DNA of 64,000 bases from an uncultured virus (IMG/VR IMGVR_UViG_3300025098_000016) (IMGVR_UViG_3300025098_000016); one strand, 5' to 3'; numbered from the stretch's first letter, positions 20,101 through 28,198 are shown. A program made the numbers and translations. Notes: generated by a model from the letters alone, not told the origin.

Positions 20101-20821
20101 GTGTACCTGTTCTTACATCATTACCATTTGAGGAAACATATATAATATTTCCTGGAATACTAATTAGGTCAATAGCACCAAAGTCTAAGTCGTTTGTTGT
20201 TAGTGTGTTTGTTGTTACGTTAGCAAAATTACCTGTTGCCCAACGCTTTGTTTCAGTACCAATGTTATAAGTGTTATGCACATCAGGCATAATATCACTT
20301 GCAATGTCTGCATTAATAAAAATATTATCTGTATCTGAATCACCAATTGTAATATTTCCGTCTGCACTAATATTTCCTGTAGCGTGTAAGTTACCAGTAA
20401 CAGTTGTATTACCTACAATATTAATTACACCAGTGCCGTTAGCACGTATAAACAAATCATCATTTGTACTTGTATTTTCAATAAATGTGTTATTGATTTC
20501 TAAATCGCCTACAACAACTCTATTACCAACAATAGTATTGTCAGCAGTTGCAATAGCAAATTCTTGTGCGGAAGTTGATATAGTGCTTGTTGCACCATCA
20601 ATAGTTACGTTTCCAACTTGGAAGGTAGTATTTGTAATTTCTAGATCAGTTACTCTGGCAACGCCTGCAACATCTAATGCGTATTGAGGATTGGTGGTTT
20701 TGACACCGATTCGACGGTTTGTTACATCTAAGTATAATAAGTCTGTCTCAAAGGCTAAATCCGTCCCATTACGTAGGAGGTTTTCCTTTAAGAGAGGACC
20801 CGATATGCGACCAATTGCCAT
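17105..20821 (-). CDS. Tail fibre-like protein with beta-helix region and LamG/concanavalin-A-like domain
   Basis: YVSSNGND...PVATIAKGL...VYIYPGQYQE; FSVEC...YYHIMISRVGSTIKLFVDG...LVIG...FDGRIDDFRV (LamG-like, about 18720-19300); two PxG-x-x-A-x-R-P...RYN motifs. Confidence 0.75.
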   Translation of the reverse strand: MAIGRISGPLLKENLLRNGTDLAFETDLLYLDVTNRRIGVKTTNPQYALDVAGVARVTDLEITNTTFQVGNVTIDGATSTISTSAQEFAIATADNTIVGNRVVVGDLEINNTFIENTSTNDDLFIRANGTGVINIVGNTTVTGNLHATGNISADGNITIGDSDTDNIFINADIASDIMPDVHNTYNIGTETKRWATGNFANVTTNTLTTNDLDFGAIDLISIPGNIIYVSSNGNDVRTGTHPQDPVATIAKGLELAGLHDTVYIYPGQYQEAFPLTVPQGVTVRGHSLRAVEISPTSGTQSNDAFVMNGDSAVEDVTIKDFYYNSGATTGHAFRFANNFRVYERSPYIRNVSVITKGTTTSNTDPRGFAAGDAGRGAYLDGSVAHVDSREASMLFHSVTFITPNASGLKVTNGARVEWLNCFTYFADKGIEILEGTTGLKGDGKTRIKYSGLEGTTPAAGQTITLKDASGTQLAQSTIESVATNEVIIDGRANGFITPLSRAKKTVTAVGNAQITTTGAVKYGTGMGLFDGTDDRFTLTTASDFGFGTGDFSVECVIYIADDTGTESKFDFRAGSDTDNALHFYTVDRQPKVYIGNTEIMAPAITLVNTTYYHIMISRVGSTIKLFVDGAVQATASNNTNLGTTKPLVIGNNYAGTQGFDGRIDDFRVRKGVGVTTAFSNPTAPTVVDQYTVLKLDFNGDNGSQILVDDDTFIQDIDFSAGGTATALTLIDHSDFGGEIRSIASASVYGNYGIHGTGSGSVVYAIGMNLAYIGTGKDVTNDITAVIQENEVVANSDANVYFSTVDHKGDFRVGDLFRINQDTGEVTFTNAEFLFNNNQGITFTDGTSTTIIDGTKVESGNIRISGNTISSTSGDININSSTSTINLQDNVNITGNLDVTGNVTVGGNITLGDEDTDTININARIDSDIVPNIDDTYKLGTALLNWSEANIGKVLVDDIIIDNDTITTTASNGDINITTNGVGQVIIDNIELSGNTVANPGGDIVLDPSSQTVTIDGTGSLTLPKGTTAQRPGSPIAGMIRYNTDTSVFEAYTTEWNTLGGVYDIDRDTYITPELTPGADDDTLRFYAGGSLVADVTSQRFDAKRLEVDDIAIHGSILETITTNQNLLLRANGSGYVAVENFSFNGNQITNTIDGAITSLKQQGTGYFKVDGTGGFVIPVGNNANRHPSPELGMMRYNTVEDRVEIYDVGNNWVSVAGATGAVTFNDAEEIAIKLALTI

Positions 20822-20832
20822 CTTCTCTCCTA

Positions 20833-20946
20833 ATACGGGGATCCTGTCCCTCTAGCCAAAATTTTCAGCATTTGCTCTTTGCCGGCTAACCACAGTTTGT
20901 CCAGCATCGGGTTGGTCTACCCTTTGTGATGCGTTACTATTATTTA
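20833..20946 (-). promoter_or_regulatory. Late promoter (TAAATA 20941-20946) plus structured 5' leader of the 1238 aa fibre gene
   Basis: GC-rich ~110 nt leader with stems GCATC/GATGC, GGGT/ACCC, CTGT/ACAG and TAGCCGG/TTGGCTA, ending just before SD AGGAG. Confidence 0.6.
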
Positions 20947-20960
20947 GCTTAAAAGGAAAA

Positions 20961-23900
20961 TTAGTCTAGTATAAGGTTAAAAACGTAGGCCAATTCTTCA
21001 ACATCAGATGATTCAATACTTTCAACTTCACCAGCCGCATTAATCCAGTTAGATCCGTTCCAAGTTTCAAGATATTCTAGTGTTAAATTGTACCTAGTAT
21101 GACCAACTTCGGGTGATCCAGGACGCTGTGCAGTTGTACCTTGTGGTACAACCATACCACTAGTATTATCAATTTTTAAGAAAGCTTCGCCTGTTGTATT
21201 AGTTAAGTTAAAGGTAAAGTTATTACTTGACCAGTTCCATAATTCACTATCTCTAAATTTAACGTTTTCTATTTCAGTATATCCAGTTCCGTTAGATCTA
21301 AGTATACTTGTACCATCAGCTTCGTCACTTGATACTATATTTCCATCAATGCTAAATTTATGCTCACTACTAAATCCTGTTGATTCAATTAGTGTTCCGT
21401 TAAGTGTATGATTTGTTTGTCCTGCTGTAACAAAGTTAAATTGATTATTTGACAAATCTAAGTAAGTATCTCTGTCAGTATCGTAAATACCATCAAGTGA
21501 TACACTACCTGCAACTTCTAATCCTTCAAGTGTGCCAAAAGTATTATTATATCTTAATCCACCTTGTATTGCTGGACGTTGTTCTGTTGTACCTCTAGGA
21601 AGTGTTATATTGCTTGTTGCACTTACAGTTACATTACCTGCGGGTTTAAGTATAACATCTCTACTAGTTCCACCTAAATTATTTGTTACATTTGTCCAAT
21701 AATCTATTGATGGACTGTTTGTAATAGGCAAGTAAAATGAAGCAGTGGTTGCTATAGAATAACCTGCCGCATCATTAGCCGCTAGTGCTAAACTAGTATA
21801 ATGATCAAACAATGATGTTATACCAGGTGCTCTCCAAACTAATGCTCCAGACATTGTTGTTGTTAACAAATACAAATACTCATAACACAAGTCGTTATAA
21901 CTTAGTCCTGTAGGATCAGTATACCATGCAAAAGCCGGATAGTTATAGCCTGCTTGTCCGCCTGCTTGATATCCGCCACGTGCAGAATCCATTGCATTTG
22001 TAAGTGTGCTTGGCCTAGTTGTACTTAATTCTGTGTACAATCCGCTTATTCTTGGCATGAGCATATTCTTTAATATTTTTTCGCTTGCTAAATCTCTTTG
22101 ACCGCCTGCACCATCACCTAAATAACTATTCATTTCGCTTTGATAAACACCAAAGATTCTGTTTACTGCAAATGATCCAAATGTACTTGCTAGTGTTGTT
22201 TCTTCTGCTGAATCAGCATATACAACAATTCCATATAATCCACTTGAGAAAGTTGCAAGTAATGCTGTGTTATCAGCAACGCCGTCAAAGTCATTATCTA
22301 AATAACTTGCTAACATATTTGCCGCATGTTTAATTGCAAGGTCGCTAACGTTTGCTGTTCCTAATACAGGAATACCAAATACTGTAGTATACCTTGGAAG
22401 TTGTGTTTTAAATCCTTGATTTCCGTTAAAGATATCAGGAGTTGATAATTCGTAATCAGTAACAATAAATTCACCTTCAGGACTAAACTTACCAATAATT
22501 TTATTATCTTCAAATTCTAAGTTTTCTACACGAACTTTACCTGTACCTTTTGCAGTGATATACAAATCTGCATTTGTTTCATTAGTTGCAATAGTTTGAG
22601 ACGAAATACTAATACTGTCAATATTCGCTGTTTTAGTGTGTAATTCTTTCCAACGATTTGCGGCAGTACCTAAAGTTAAACCTTCAGTTGAACCAGGTTC
22701 AAAGTCTTGACTAATGTTTGTATTAAAATCAACAGTATCAGTTGGAGCATCACCTATTGTAGTAAGTGCGCCGCCAATTGATAAATTACCTGTCATATCA
22801 ATACTTGGTGCAGTTACACTACTTTGGAATACAATGTTTCCAACACTATTAAAATTAATAGCAGATTTTGTTGCTTCAATTACATTACCTTGAATAACGA
22901 TATTATCTAAAGCAACTACTCCTTGATTAAGTGTAACTGTGTCATTGTTGTTACGTATTTGTACTTGTGAATTTGTTGCAAAAATACTTTCAATATCAAA
23001 ACTAGTTCTTTCGTTTTCTAAGTCAACTAAAAACTTGTCACCAACTCTAAAGTTTCCTCTTTGATCTTGTCCTGTAAAATAAACTTTTGCATTGTTTAAT
23101 TCTGTTACTTCGTTTGCTTGTATAGCTGTTGTATTATCATTAGTTATATTTTTACCAGAACCAATATACGCAAAGTTTTGGTTAATCATATATGCTAAAC
23201 AGTCTGCGCCGTCAGCTTCAATACCTTTATTACCGTATACGTTAGCACTAGCAATAGTTCTTAACTCTCCGCCATATACTGTTGTTGCTTCTGGAGTTGT
23301 TCTACCAGCAGATCCTTGCAACATATAGATACCTTTGTTTGCAAAGTATGTGAAACTATTAAGCCATTCAACTCTTACACCATTTGTGATTGTTAATCCA
23401 TCTACACCGGGTGTAATAAATGTACAACTATGAAATAACATACTTGCACTTCTACTGTTAGATGCAACTACTTGTCCATCAACTAAAGCACCTTTGCCTG
23501 CATCTCCGGAATCAAATCCTCTTGGATCGCTTACACTTGTAGTTGTTCCTTTTGTAAGAACCGTAATGTTTCTAATATAAGGACTTCGCCCTGGCTCTTG
23601 TTCAAAAACAGTTGTTGAAAAGTTATTAGCAAACCTAAATCCGTATCCAGTATCTGCTCCACTATTATAATAAAAATCTTTAAGAGTAATATTTTCAATA
23701 GTTACATCACTGTTAACTAAAAATGCATCATTACTTTGTGTAGCTGATGTTGGGTAAATTTCAACACCTTTAATATTATCACCTTGGATTGTAACACCCT
23801 TAGGTACAGTCATTGGAAATGTTTCTTGGTACTGTCCTGGGTATATATAAATTAGATCTCCGTCTGTTGCAACGCTAAGGGCTTTTGTAAGCGTAGCAAA

Positions 23901-25016
23901 TGGACCGCCTGGGTTATTACCATCGTTAATATCATTACCGTTGTTTGAAGAAACATAATAAATTCCAACATCTTTTGTAAGTTCAATACCTCGATAAACT
24001 AGTCCACTAGCTTTTACACTGTCTGCAATTAAGTTATCAACAGCAATTCTAAATCCTTTTGCAGGACCTGTACTATCATCGTCTTTACCAATATGAAACC
24101 TATCACTATCATCTGGTATTAGATCGTTTTTAAATTCTGCTAAGAAACTTGCTGTGTCAGTACTGTCATCACCGATTGTAATTGAAGTACCACCGTATGT
24201 AATATTTCCTGTAGCATGTACATCACCTGTTACTGTAAGTGTTCCGCCAGTTTGTAGTTGTAATTGCTTAGGTACACTTCTTGGATAATATTTTTCAATG
24301 TATGCTTTAAATGCTTCTGTATTTGCATGTTCTGCAAGTGTGTTTGATGCAGGGAAAGCAGTACCGCTTACAAATTGCGTGTTTAATTCTTTTAATTGTA
24401 GTGCATCGTCGGCTTGAATATCTCCATCGCCGTCCCAGTCAAGTGCCGCTAATTCTTCTGATGTCCAGTTACCTGATTGTGATAATGATAGTGCATAATC
24501 ATACAAACGATCCATATCGTTAGGTGGACTACTTGCACTTATCTTTGGTCCTGGATCCCAATAGTTTCCGTAGTTACCATTGCTATTCCAAGCCGCTGTT
24601 TGTCCGTCAAATACTTCTGACTTAATACCAATGCCGCCATTAGTTTGTAATGCTTGAATACCGTCACCTTTAACAGCAAAGTTATAACTACCAATACCTG
24701 TTGTATTAATATATCCTTCAGGATGTGTAGATTTAAGCGTAACGTTTCCGCTAGGTGTACTAATACCTGTAGTTGCAAGTGTAATATCACCAACCTTAAG
24801 ACTGTTTCCAAATATAATATCTGGATCACTGCCTCCTGATGTTGTACGTAGTGTACCGCTAACTGTTAAATTTCTGGGAGTTGTAGTGGTGTTAATACCT
24901 AAGGTATTATCACGTTTGACAACAAGAAGGTCATTGTCAAATTTTAAATCTGCTAATTCTCTTAATAAGTTGTCTTGTAGTAACTGTCCACCAATGCGGG
25001 CAACTTGTGTACTCAT
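20961..25016 (-). CDS. Tail fibre-like protein, paralog of 17105-20821, with different inserted domains
   Basis: Shares the N-terminus (RIxGxLLxxNLLR), RSPYIRN, ASMLFHSxTFITP and RVEWLNxFTYFAxKGI. Carries a Ca-loop (DWDGDGDIQADD) and a metallopeptidase-like insert instead of LamG. Confidence 0.75.
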   Translation of the reverse strand: MSTQVARIGGQLLQDNLLRELADLKFDNDLLVVKRDNTLGINTTTTPRNLTVSGTLRTTSGGSDPDIIFGNSLKVGDITLATTGISTPSGNVTLKSTHPEGYINTTGIGSYNFAVKGDGIQALQTNGGIGIKSEVFDGQTAAWNSNGNYGNYWDPGPKISASSPPNDMDRLYDYALSLSQSGNWTSEELAALDWDGDGDIQADDALQLKELNTQFVSGTAFPASNTLAEHANTEAFKAYIEKYYPRSVPKQLQLQTGGTLTVTGDVHATGNITYGGTSITIGDDSTDTASFLAEFKNDLIPDDSDRFHIGKDDDSTGPAKGFRIAVDNLIADSVKASGLVYRGIELTKDVGIYYVSSNNGNDINDGNNPGGPFATLTKALSVATDGDLIYIYPGQYQETFPMTVPKGVTIQGDNIKGVEIYPTSATQSNDAFLVNSDVTIENITLKDFYYNSGADTGYGFRFANNFSTTVFEQEPGRSPYIRNITVLTKGTTTSVSDPRGFDSGDAGKGALVDGQVVASNSRSASMLFHSCTFITPGVDGLTITNGVRVEWLNSFTYFANKGIYMLQGSAGRTTPEATTVYGGELRTIASANVYGNKGIEADGADCLAYMINQNFAYIGSGKNITNDNTTAIQANEVTELNNAKVYFTGQDQRGNFRVGDKFLVDLENERTSFDIESIFATNSQVQIRNNNDTVTLNQGVVALDNIVIQGNVIEATKSAINFNSVGNIVFQSSVTAPSIDMTGNLSIGGALTTIGDAPTDTVDFNTNISQDFEPGSTEGLTLGTAANRWKELHTKTANIDSISISSQTIATNETNADLYITAKGTGKVRVENLEFEDNKIIGKFSPEGEFIVTDYELSTPDIFNGNQGFKTQLPRYTTVFGIPVLGTANVSDLAIKHAANMLASYLDNDFDGVADNTALLATFSSGLYGIVVYADSAEETTLASTFGSFAVNRIFGVYQSEMNSYLGDGAGGQRDLASEKILKNMLMPRISGLYTELSTTRPSTLTNAMDSARGGYQAGGQAGYNYPAFAWYTDPTGLSYNDLCYEYLYLLTTTMSGALVWRAPGITSLFDHYTSLALAANDAAGYSIATTASFYLPITNSPSIDYWTNVTNNLGGTSRDVILKPAGNVTVSATSNITLPRGTTEQRPAIQGGLRYNNTFGTLEGLEVAGSVSLDGIYDTDRDTYLDLSNNQFNFVTAGQTNHTLNGTLIESTGFSSEHKFSIDGNIVSSDEADGTSILRSNGTGYTEIENVKFRDSELWNWSSNNFTFNLTNTTGEAFLKIDNTSGMVVPQGTTAQRPGSPEVGHTRYNLTLEYLETWNGSNWINAAGEVESIESSDVEELAYVFNLILD

Positions 25017-25052
25017 AATATTCCCTCTCTACATTACTACTATTTATAGTAA

Positions 25053-25571
25053 TTACTTGTCGAAGTTATGTAGTACTTGTACTGGTTTTCCTGTTGGTAC
25101 TGGTGTTCCAAATACTAGATAATAACCTGCCGCATACGGAGCACCTGGTCCTGAACTTGGATTTTGTACTATTGTGTAGTTTGTTGTTGCTAATTGAAAT
25201 ACGTTTTCAATAGTAACTAAAATATTGTTTTCTGATATAGGCACTGGATAGTAACTATCGCCTGAATTTAATGGGCCAAATGTAGTTTCACTGCCGTCAC
25301 CATTACCTAAGTTTTGTTGTATGATAGTTGTTGGTTCTCTAAATCTAACTGGCTTCCAAGCACTATTTTGATAAACTTCAAAATCATTAGTATCGGAATT
25401 ATATCTAAGCATACCTTCAACACCAGTAAACGGTCTTTTGTTTTGGGTTCCCTTAGGTACAATTAATGCTTTATCAGTATTAATGGTTGCAAGACCTAAA
25501 GCATCAATATTGAGTCCTGCAGTATCTGAGTTAATACCTCTAGAAGTTGTTTGTGCTTTTAAAAATCTCAT
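25053..25571 (-). CDS. Short fibre/baseplate connector-like structural protein
   Basis: VPKGTQNKRP...GMLRYNSDTNDFEVY...W plus GDGSETTF...ILVTIENVFQ. Confidence 0.6.
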   Translation of the reverse strand: MRFLKAQTTSRGINSDTAGLNIDALGLATINTDKALIVPKGTQNKRPFTGVEGMLRYNSDTNDFEVYQNSAWKPVRFREPTTIIQQNLGNGDGSETTFGPLNSGDSYYPVPISENNILVTIENVFQLATTNYTIVQNPSSGPGAPYAAGYYLVFGTPVPTGKPVQVLHNFDK

Positions 25572-25916
25572 TTATACTTCCAAATAACTGATAGTCATAG
25601 CCAAGTTAGCTGGTGCTTGACTTGACGTAATAATCTTGTCGCCTGCTTCTAAAACTAACTTTTCAGTATCAAACGTAAATGTATCAGCGCCAGCAACTAC
25701 TAAATTATTAATAATTTGGTTAGCATTTGGATCTGAATTACCTTTAGTTTGTCCGCTTGGTACAACATGCAAGTCAAACTGTGAATCGTTTGATCCGCCT
25801 GTATCTGCAGGCTGTGTATTACAAACCATAATAGTTGTAATTGCATATCTTTTATTAGCGGGCACTGTTAAGTGTGTCTTGTCTGCTATAGATAGTTGTC
25901 CGTTTATAATCGCCAT
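25572..25916 (-). CDS. Small beta-rich virion protein (paralog family)
   Basis: LTVPA...AITTIMVCN...EKLVLEAGDKI. Confidence 0.6.
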   Translation of the reverse strand: MAIINGQLSIADKTHLTVPANKRYAITTIMVCNTQPADTGGSNDSQFDLHVVPSGQTKGNSDPNANQIINNLVVAGADTFTFDTEKLVLEAGDKIITSSQAPANLAMTISYLEV

Positions 25917-25927
25917 ATTTTCTTTCC

Positions 25928-26878
25928 TTAAAATAACATACTAAACAATAATGATCTATTAGTACTTATCAATTCGTCTTCGTCGCTATTCTTATTTGTG
26001 TACCAAACACCGCTATCACCTATTGCAGGTTCTTTTCCGTATACTGCAATGTTAGTGCCTGGATTAATACTAGTGCCGTCTGCTTGAACTGGCATTTTTA
26101 AAACGCCATCAATAGTTACAAATGAAGTTCCTGAACTGCTAAGTGTTAAGTCAGTTGCACTTGTTAATGTTGATATTGTATTGTCCTGGAATACAATGTC
26201 TTCAATTTCTGTTGTATTTTTCTTAAACTGTGCTACTTCTGCACCGTCAATAGTAATTTTTAGATTACTAACTCCGCCATCAATACTTTCGTCAAACAAA
26301 TTAAGAGCTGAGTCTCCTCTTGCAATACTTTGAATTGTAATAGTTTGAATACCTGTTGTAATAGCATCATCAACATATTTTTTATTAGGCAAATCGTCAT
26401 CGTCAGTAATTTGGTTTTCGTAGTCGTTTGTACCACTTACACTAACTACACCAGTTCCGCTATTAATAAGATATAAATCACCGCCACCAGTAGTAATAGC
26501 ATTTGTTCTTAAACCAATAATTGCATTGTCTGCTGTTTTAAAAACAAATGTTCCTGCTTTAACTGTTTGTGTTACAGGATCATTAAAAGATGTTTGCTCA
26601 TCAAATACTAATAAAGCATCTGTTGCTGTACCTCTATCAATTTGAATACCTGCTGTGTTTTCAGTAATGCCTGAACCGCTTTCGCCTTTGTTTAAAGTAA
26701 TAATGTTGTCAACTAAATCTAATGTTTGTGAATTAACAGTAGTTTGCGTACCATTAATTTGTAAGTCACCTGTAACAACAACTGTACCTGCCTGAGTACC
26801 TGTGTCAAGTGTAATAGTATTCCCACTTGATACTCTTGCTACATAGTTACCGGTATTTACATTTAAAATTTTTGACAT
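25928..26878 (-). CDS. Fibre/baseplate-associated structural protein
   Basis: VVVTGDLQINGTQTTVNS..L.L.DNIITLNKG...AGIQIDRG is a motif common in T4-like fibre proteins; also LPNKKYVDD. Confidence 0.6.
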   Translation of the reverse strand: MSKILNVNTGNYVARVSSGNTITLDTGTQAGTVVVTGDLQINGTQTTVNSQTLDLVDNIITLNKGESGSGITENTAGIQIDRGTATDALLVFDEQTSFNDPVTQTVKAGTFVFKTADNAIIGLRTNAITTGGGDLYLINSGTGVVSVSGTNDYENQITDDDDLPNKKYVDDAITTGIQTITIQSIARGDSALNLFDESIDGGVSNLKITIDGAEVAQFKKNTTEIEDIVFQDNTISTLTSATDLTLSSSGTSFVTIDGVLKMPVQADGTSINPGTNIAVYGKEPAIGDSGVWYTNKNSDEDELISTNRSLLFSMLF

Positions 26879-26925
26879 TTATAATTCCTTAAAGTAATGG
26901 GGGTAATAAATACCCCCAAAATCAT

Positions 26926-27387
26926 TTATGCGTCTTCTGTTAGATCGTCATCATCTGTACCAACTAATGTGTTATCATCGCCAGCTTCTTCCATTCTAAC
27001 AATTCCTGATGCCGCGGCACCTGTTAGAGCAAATTTTAATGATTGTCCGTCTAGTGCGTTAGATCCAGTAGCACTTGGCTTTGCTAAAACAACTTTACGT
27101 CCTGTAATTTTTGCAACACCATATGTTTCTGAGTCAGCACCTTGTACTGAAATTGACATTTCGCCTGCACTTAAAGCCGCAGGTAATACACCTGTTTTTA
27201 AAGTACAATCAAATGTACCGCCTGTACCGATTTCTTCGCAACGGAACTTTTTAGATCCTAGTTGCTTAACGATAAAGCCTTCTTTAACTGCTGTGCCGTT
27301 ATGAAAATTTACTTTGATTTCTGTTCCTGAAGCTGTCGGGCCTGTGCCTGCAACTGCAAAAAGTCTTTTGTTTAGTGGTCTTCCCAT
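26926..27387 (-). CDS. Hypothetical (probable virion) protein
   Basis: 153 aa, strong SD (AGGAG), own late promoter and structured leader; first gene of the fibre block. Confidence 0.6.
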   Translation of the reverse strand: MGRPLNKRLFAVAGTGPTASGTEIKVNFHNGTAVKEGFIVKQLGSKKFRCEEIGTGGTFDCTLKTGVLPAALSAGEMSISVQGADSETYGVAKITGRKVVLAKPSATGSNALDGQSLKFALTGAAASGIVRMEEAGDDNTLVGTDDDDLTEDA

Positions 27388-27402
27388 TTTTTTCTCCTAT
27401 AT

Positions 27403-27486
27403 AAGTAGTCCAATGCCCGTTCTATGAGCTACGCTGTGGGTACAGCATAAGTCCGCCTCGCGGCACACTATCGACACAAGTATTTA
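27403..27486 (-). promoter_or_regulatory. Late promoter (TAAATA 27481-27486) plus structured 5' leader
   Basis: Hairpins GCC-GCGA-GGC (GNRA loop) and TATGCTGT-ACCC-ACAGCGTA, enclosed by GTC..TAGTGT/GCATTG-GAC pairing. Confidence 0.6.
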
Positions 27487-27869
27487 TCATTCCTAATGTG
27501 ATTAATAAAAAATCGAATGTGATCAAAGTGTTTTGCTAGTGTTTCAAATAATTCAACATTTAAGTTATGTGTACATCTGTTATAACTTATTTTACCAATA
27601 CTTGAATAGTAATTAACATTAATACCGTATTCAGGAAATATACCTGTTACAAATAGACATGTATCACCTAGTGTTTTTGCATCTCTTGAGTGTTTTATCT
27701 CTAACATAGATTCTGCAAAAGATTTTGTTGGGAGGAAATTAGATTTATCAACATGCGAAGCAAGCAACAAAACAATATAATGTTCGATGTACTCGGGCAT
27801 TTCGATGCCTGTTCTATCTCGTGTCTCTAGTACAACATCATAGAACGCTGAGGCGTACTCGTCCTTCAT
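27468..27869 (-). CDS. Hypothetical protein (133 aa; start revised to MKDEYASAF)
   Basis: ATG at 27869 lies 5 nt after a TAAATA; the longer start in the track overlaps a terminator and the ncRNA. LGDTCLFVTGIFP...YYSSIGKISY resembles an uncharacterised bacterial family (recalled, not searched). Confidence 0.65.
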   Translation of the reverse strand: MKDEYASAFYDVVLETRDRTGIEMPEYIEHYIVLLLASHVDKSNFLPTKSFAESMLEIKHSRDAKTLGDTCLFVTGIFPEYGINVNYYSSIGKISYNRCTHNLNVELFETLAKHFDHIRFFINHIRNDKYLCR

Positions 27870-27886
27870 ACTAATATTTAGCCAAG

Positions 27887-27911
27887 AAAAAAGACTCCGA
27901 AGAGTCTTTTT
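27887..27911 (-). terminator. Rho-independent terminator of the ncRNA (bidirectional-looking)
   Basis: AAAAAAGACTC-TTCG-GAGTCTTTTTT with a C(UUCG)G loop. Confidence 0.9.
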
Positions 27912-27916
27912 AAAGT

Positions 27917-28132
27917 ATAAGCAAAATAGGTAGGATTCGGTTATACCTACAAGCACGTACACAGAATACCATTCTATCACGCACAACCTAGTTCCGCTCG
28001 GTAGAGCAATGTGATCCTCAGTCTCTCAACCTTGAACCTGGGTACCACCCCTAACTAGTCAAGTTCGACCCTTCTGGTAAAGGCCTCTTCCTTGCACTAT
28101 AAACAAAAATTAATTACTTTTTTGTTGCTTAT
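27917..28132 (-). ncRNA. Independent ~215 nt structured RNA, probably a manA RNA motif homolog
   Basis: Flanked by its own sigma70 promoter and terminator; the ends pair (ATAAGCAA/TTGCTTAT). Blocks GTGCAAGGAA, GTGGTACCCAGG and TGTAGGTATAACCGAATCCTACC match my recollection of phage manA RNAs. The family call is unverified; the ncRNA call itself is stronger. Confidence 0.7.
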
Positions 28133-28138
28133 GTACTT

Positions 28139-28167
28139 AATATAACAGACTTTATATATAAAGTCAA
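28139..28167 (-). promoter_or_regulatory. Sigma70-type promoter driving the ncRNA
   Basis: TTGACT-17 nt-TATATT. Confidence 0.8.
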
Positions 28168-28198
28168 CCTCTTTTTTGCCAAAATAGGAAAAAAAGTC

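Noticed and set aside
26899..26917. GGGGGTA/TACCCCC hairpin as a terminator
   Set aside because: The stem is real but there is no proper U-tract on the coding strand. It could be a partial terminator or stability hairpin, so it is not called.
27929..27951. tRNA T-arm-like sequence GTAGG-TATAACCGAAT-CCTAC
   Set aside because: The loop has 11 nt rather than 7, and there is no acceptor, D or anticodon arm. It is treated as part of the ncRNA.
27870..27986. N-terminal extension of the 172 aa ORF given in the track
   Set aside because: It overlaps the ncRNA 3' end and its terminator; the ATG at 27869 with an adjacent late promoter is the better start.
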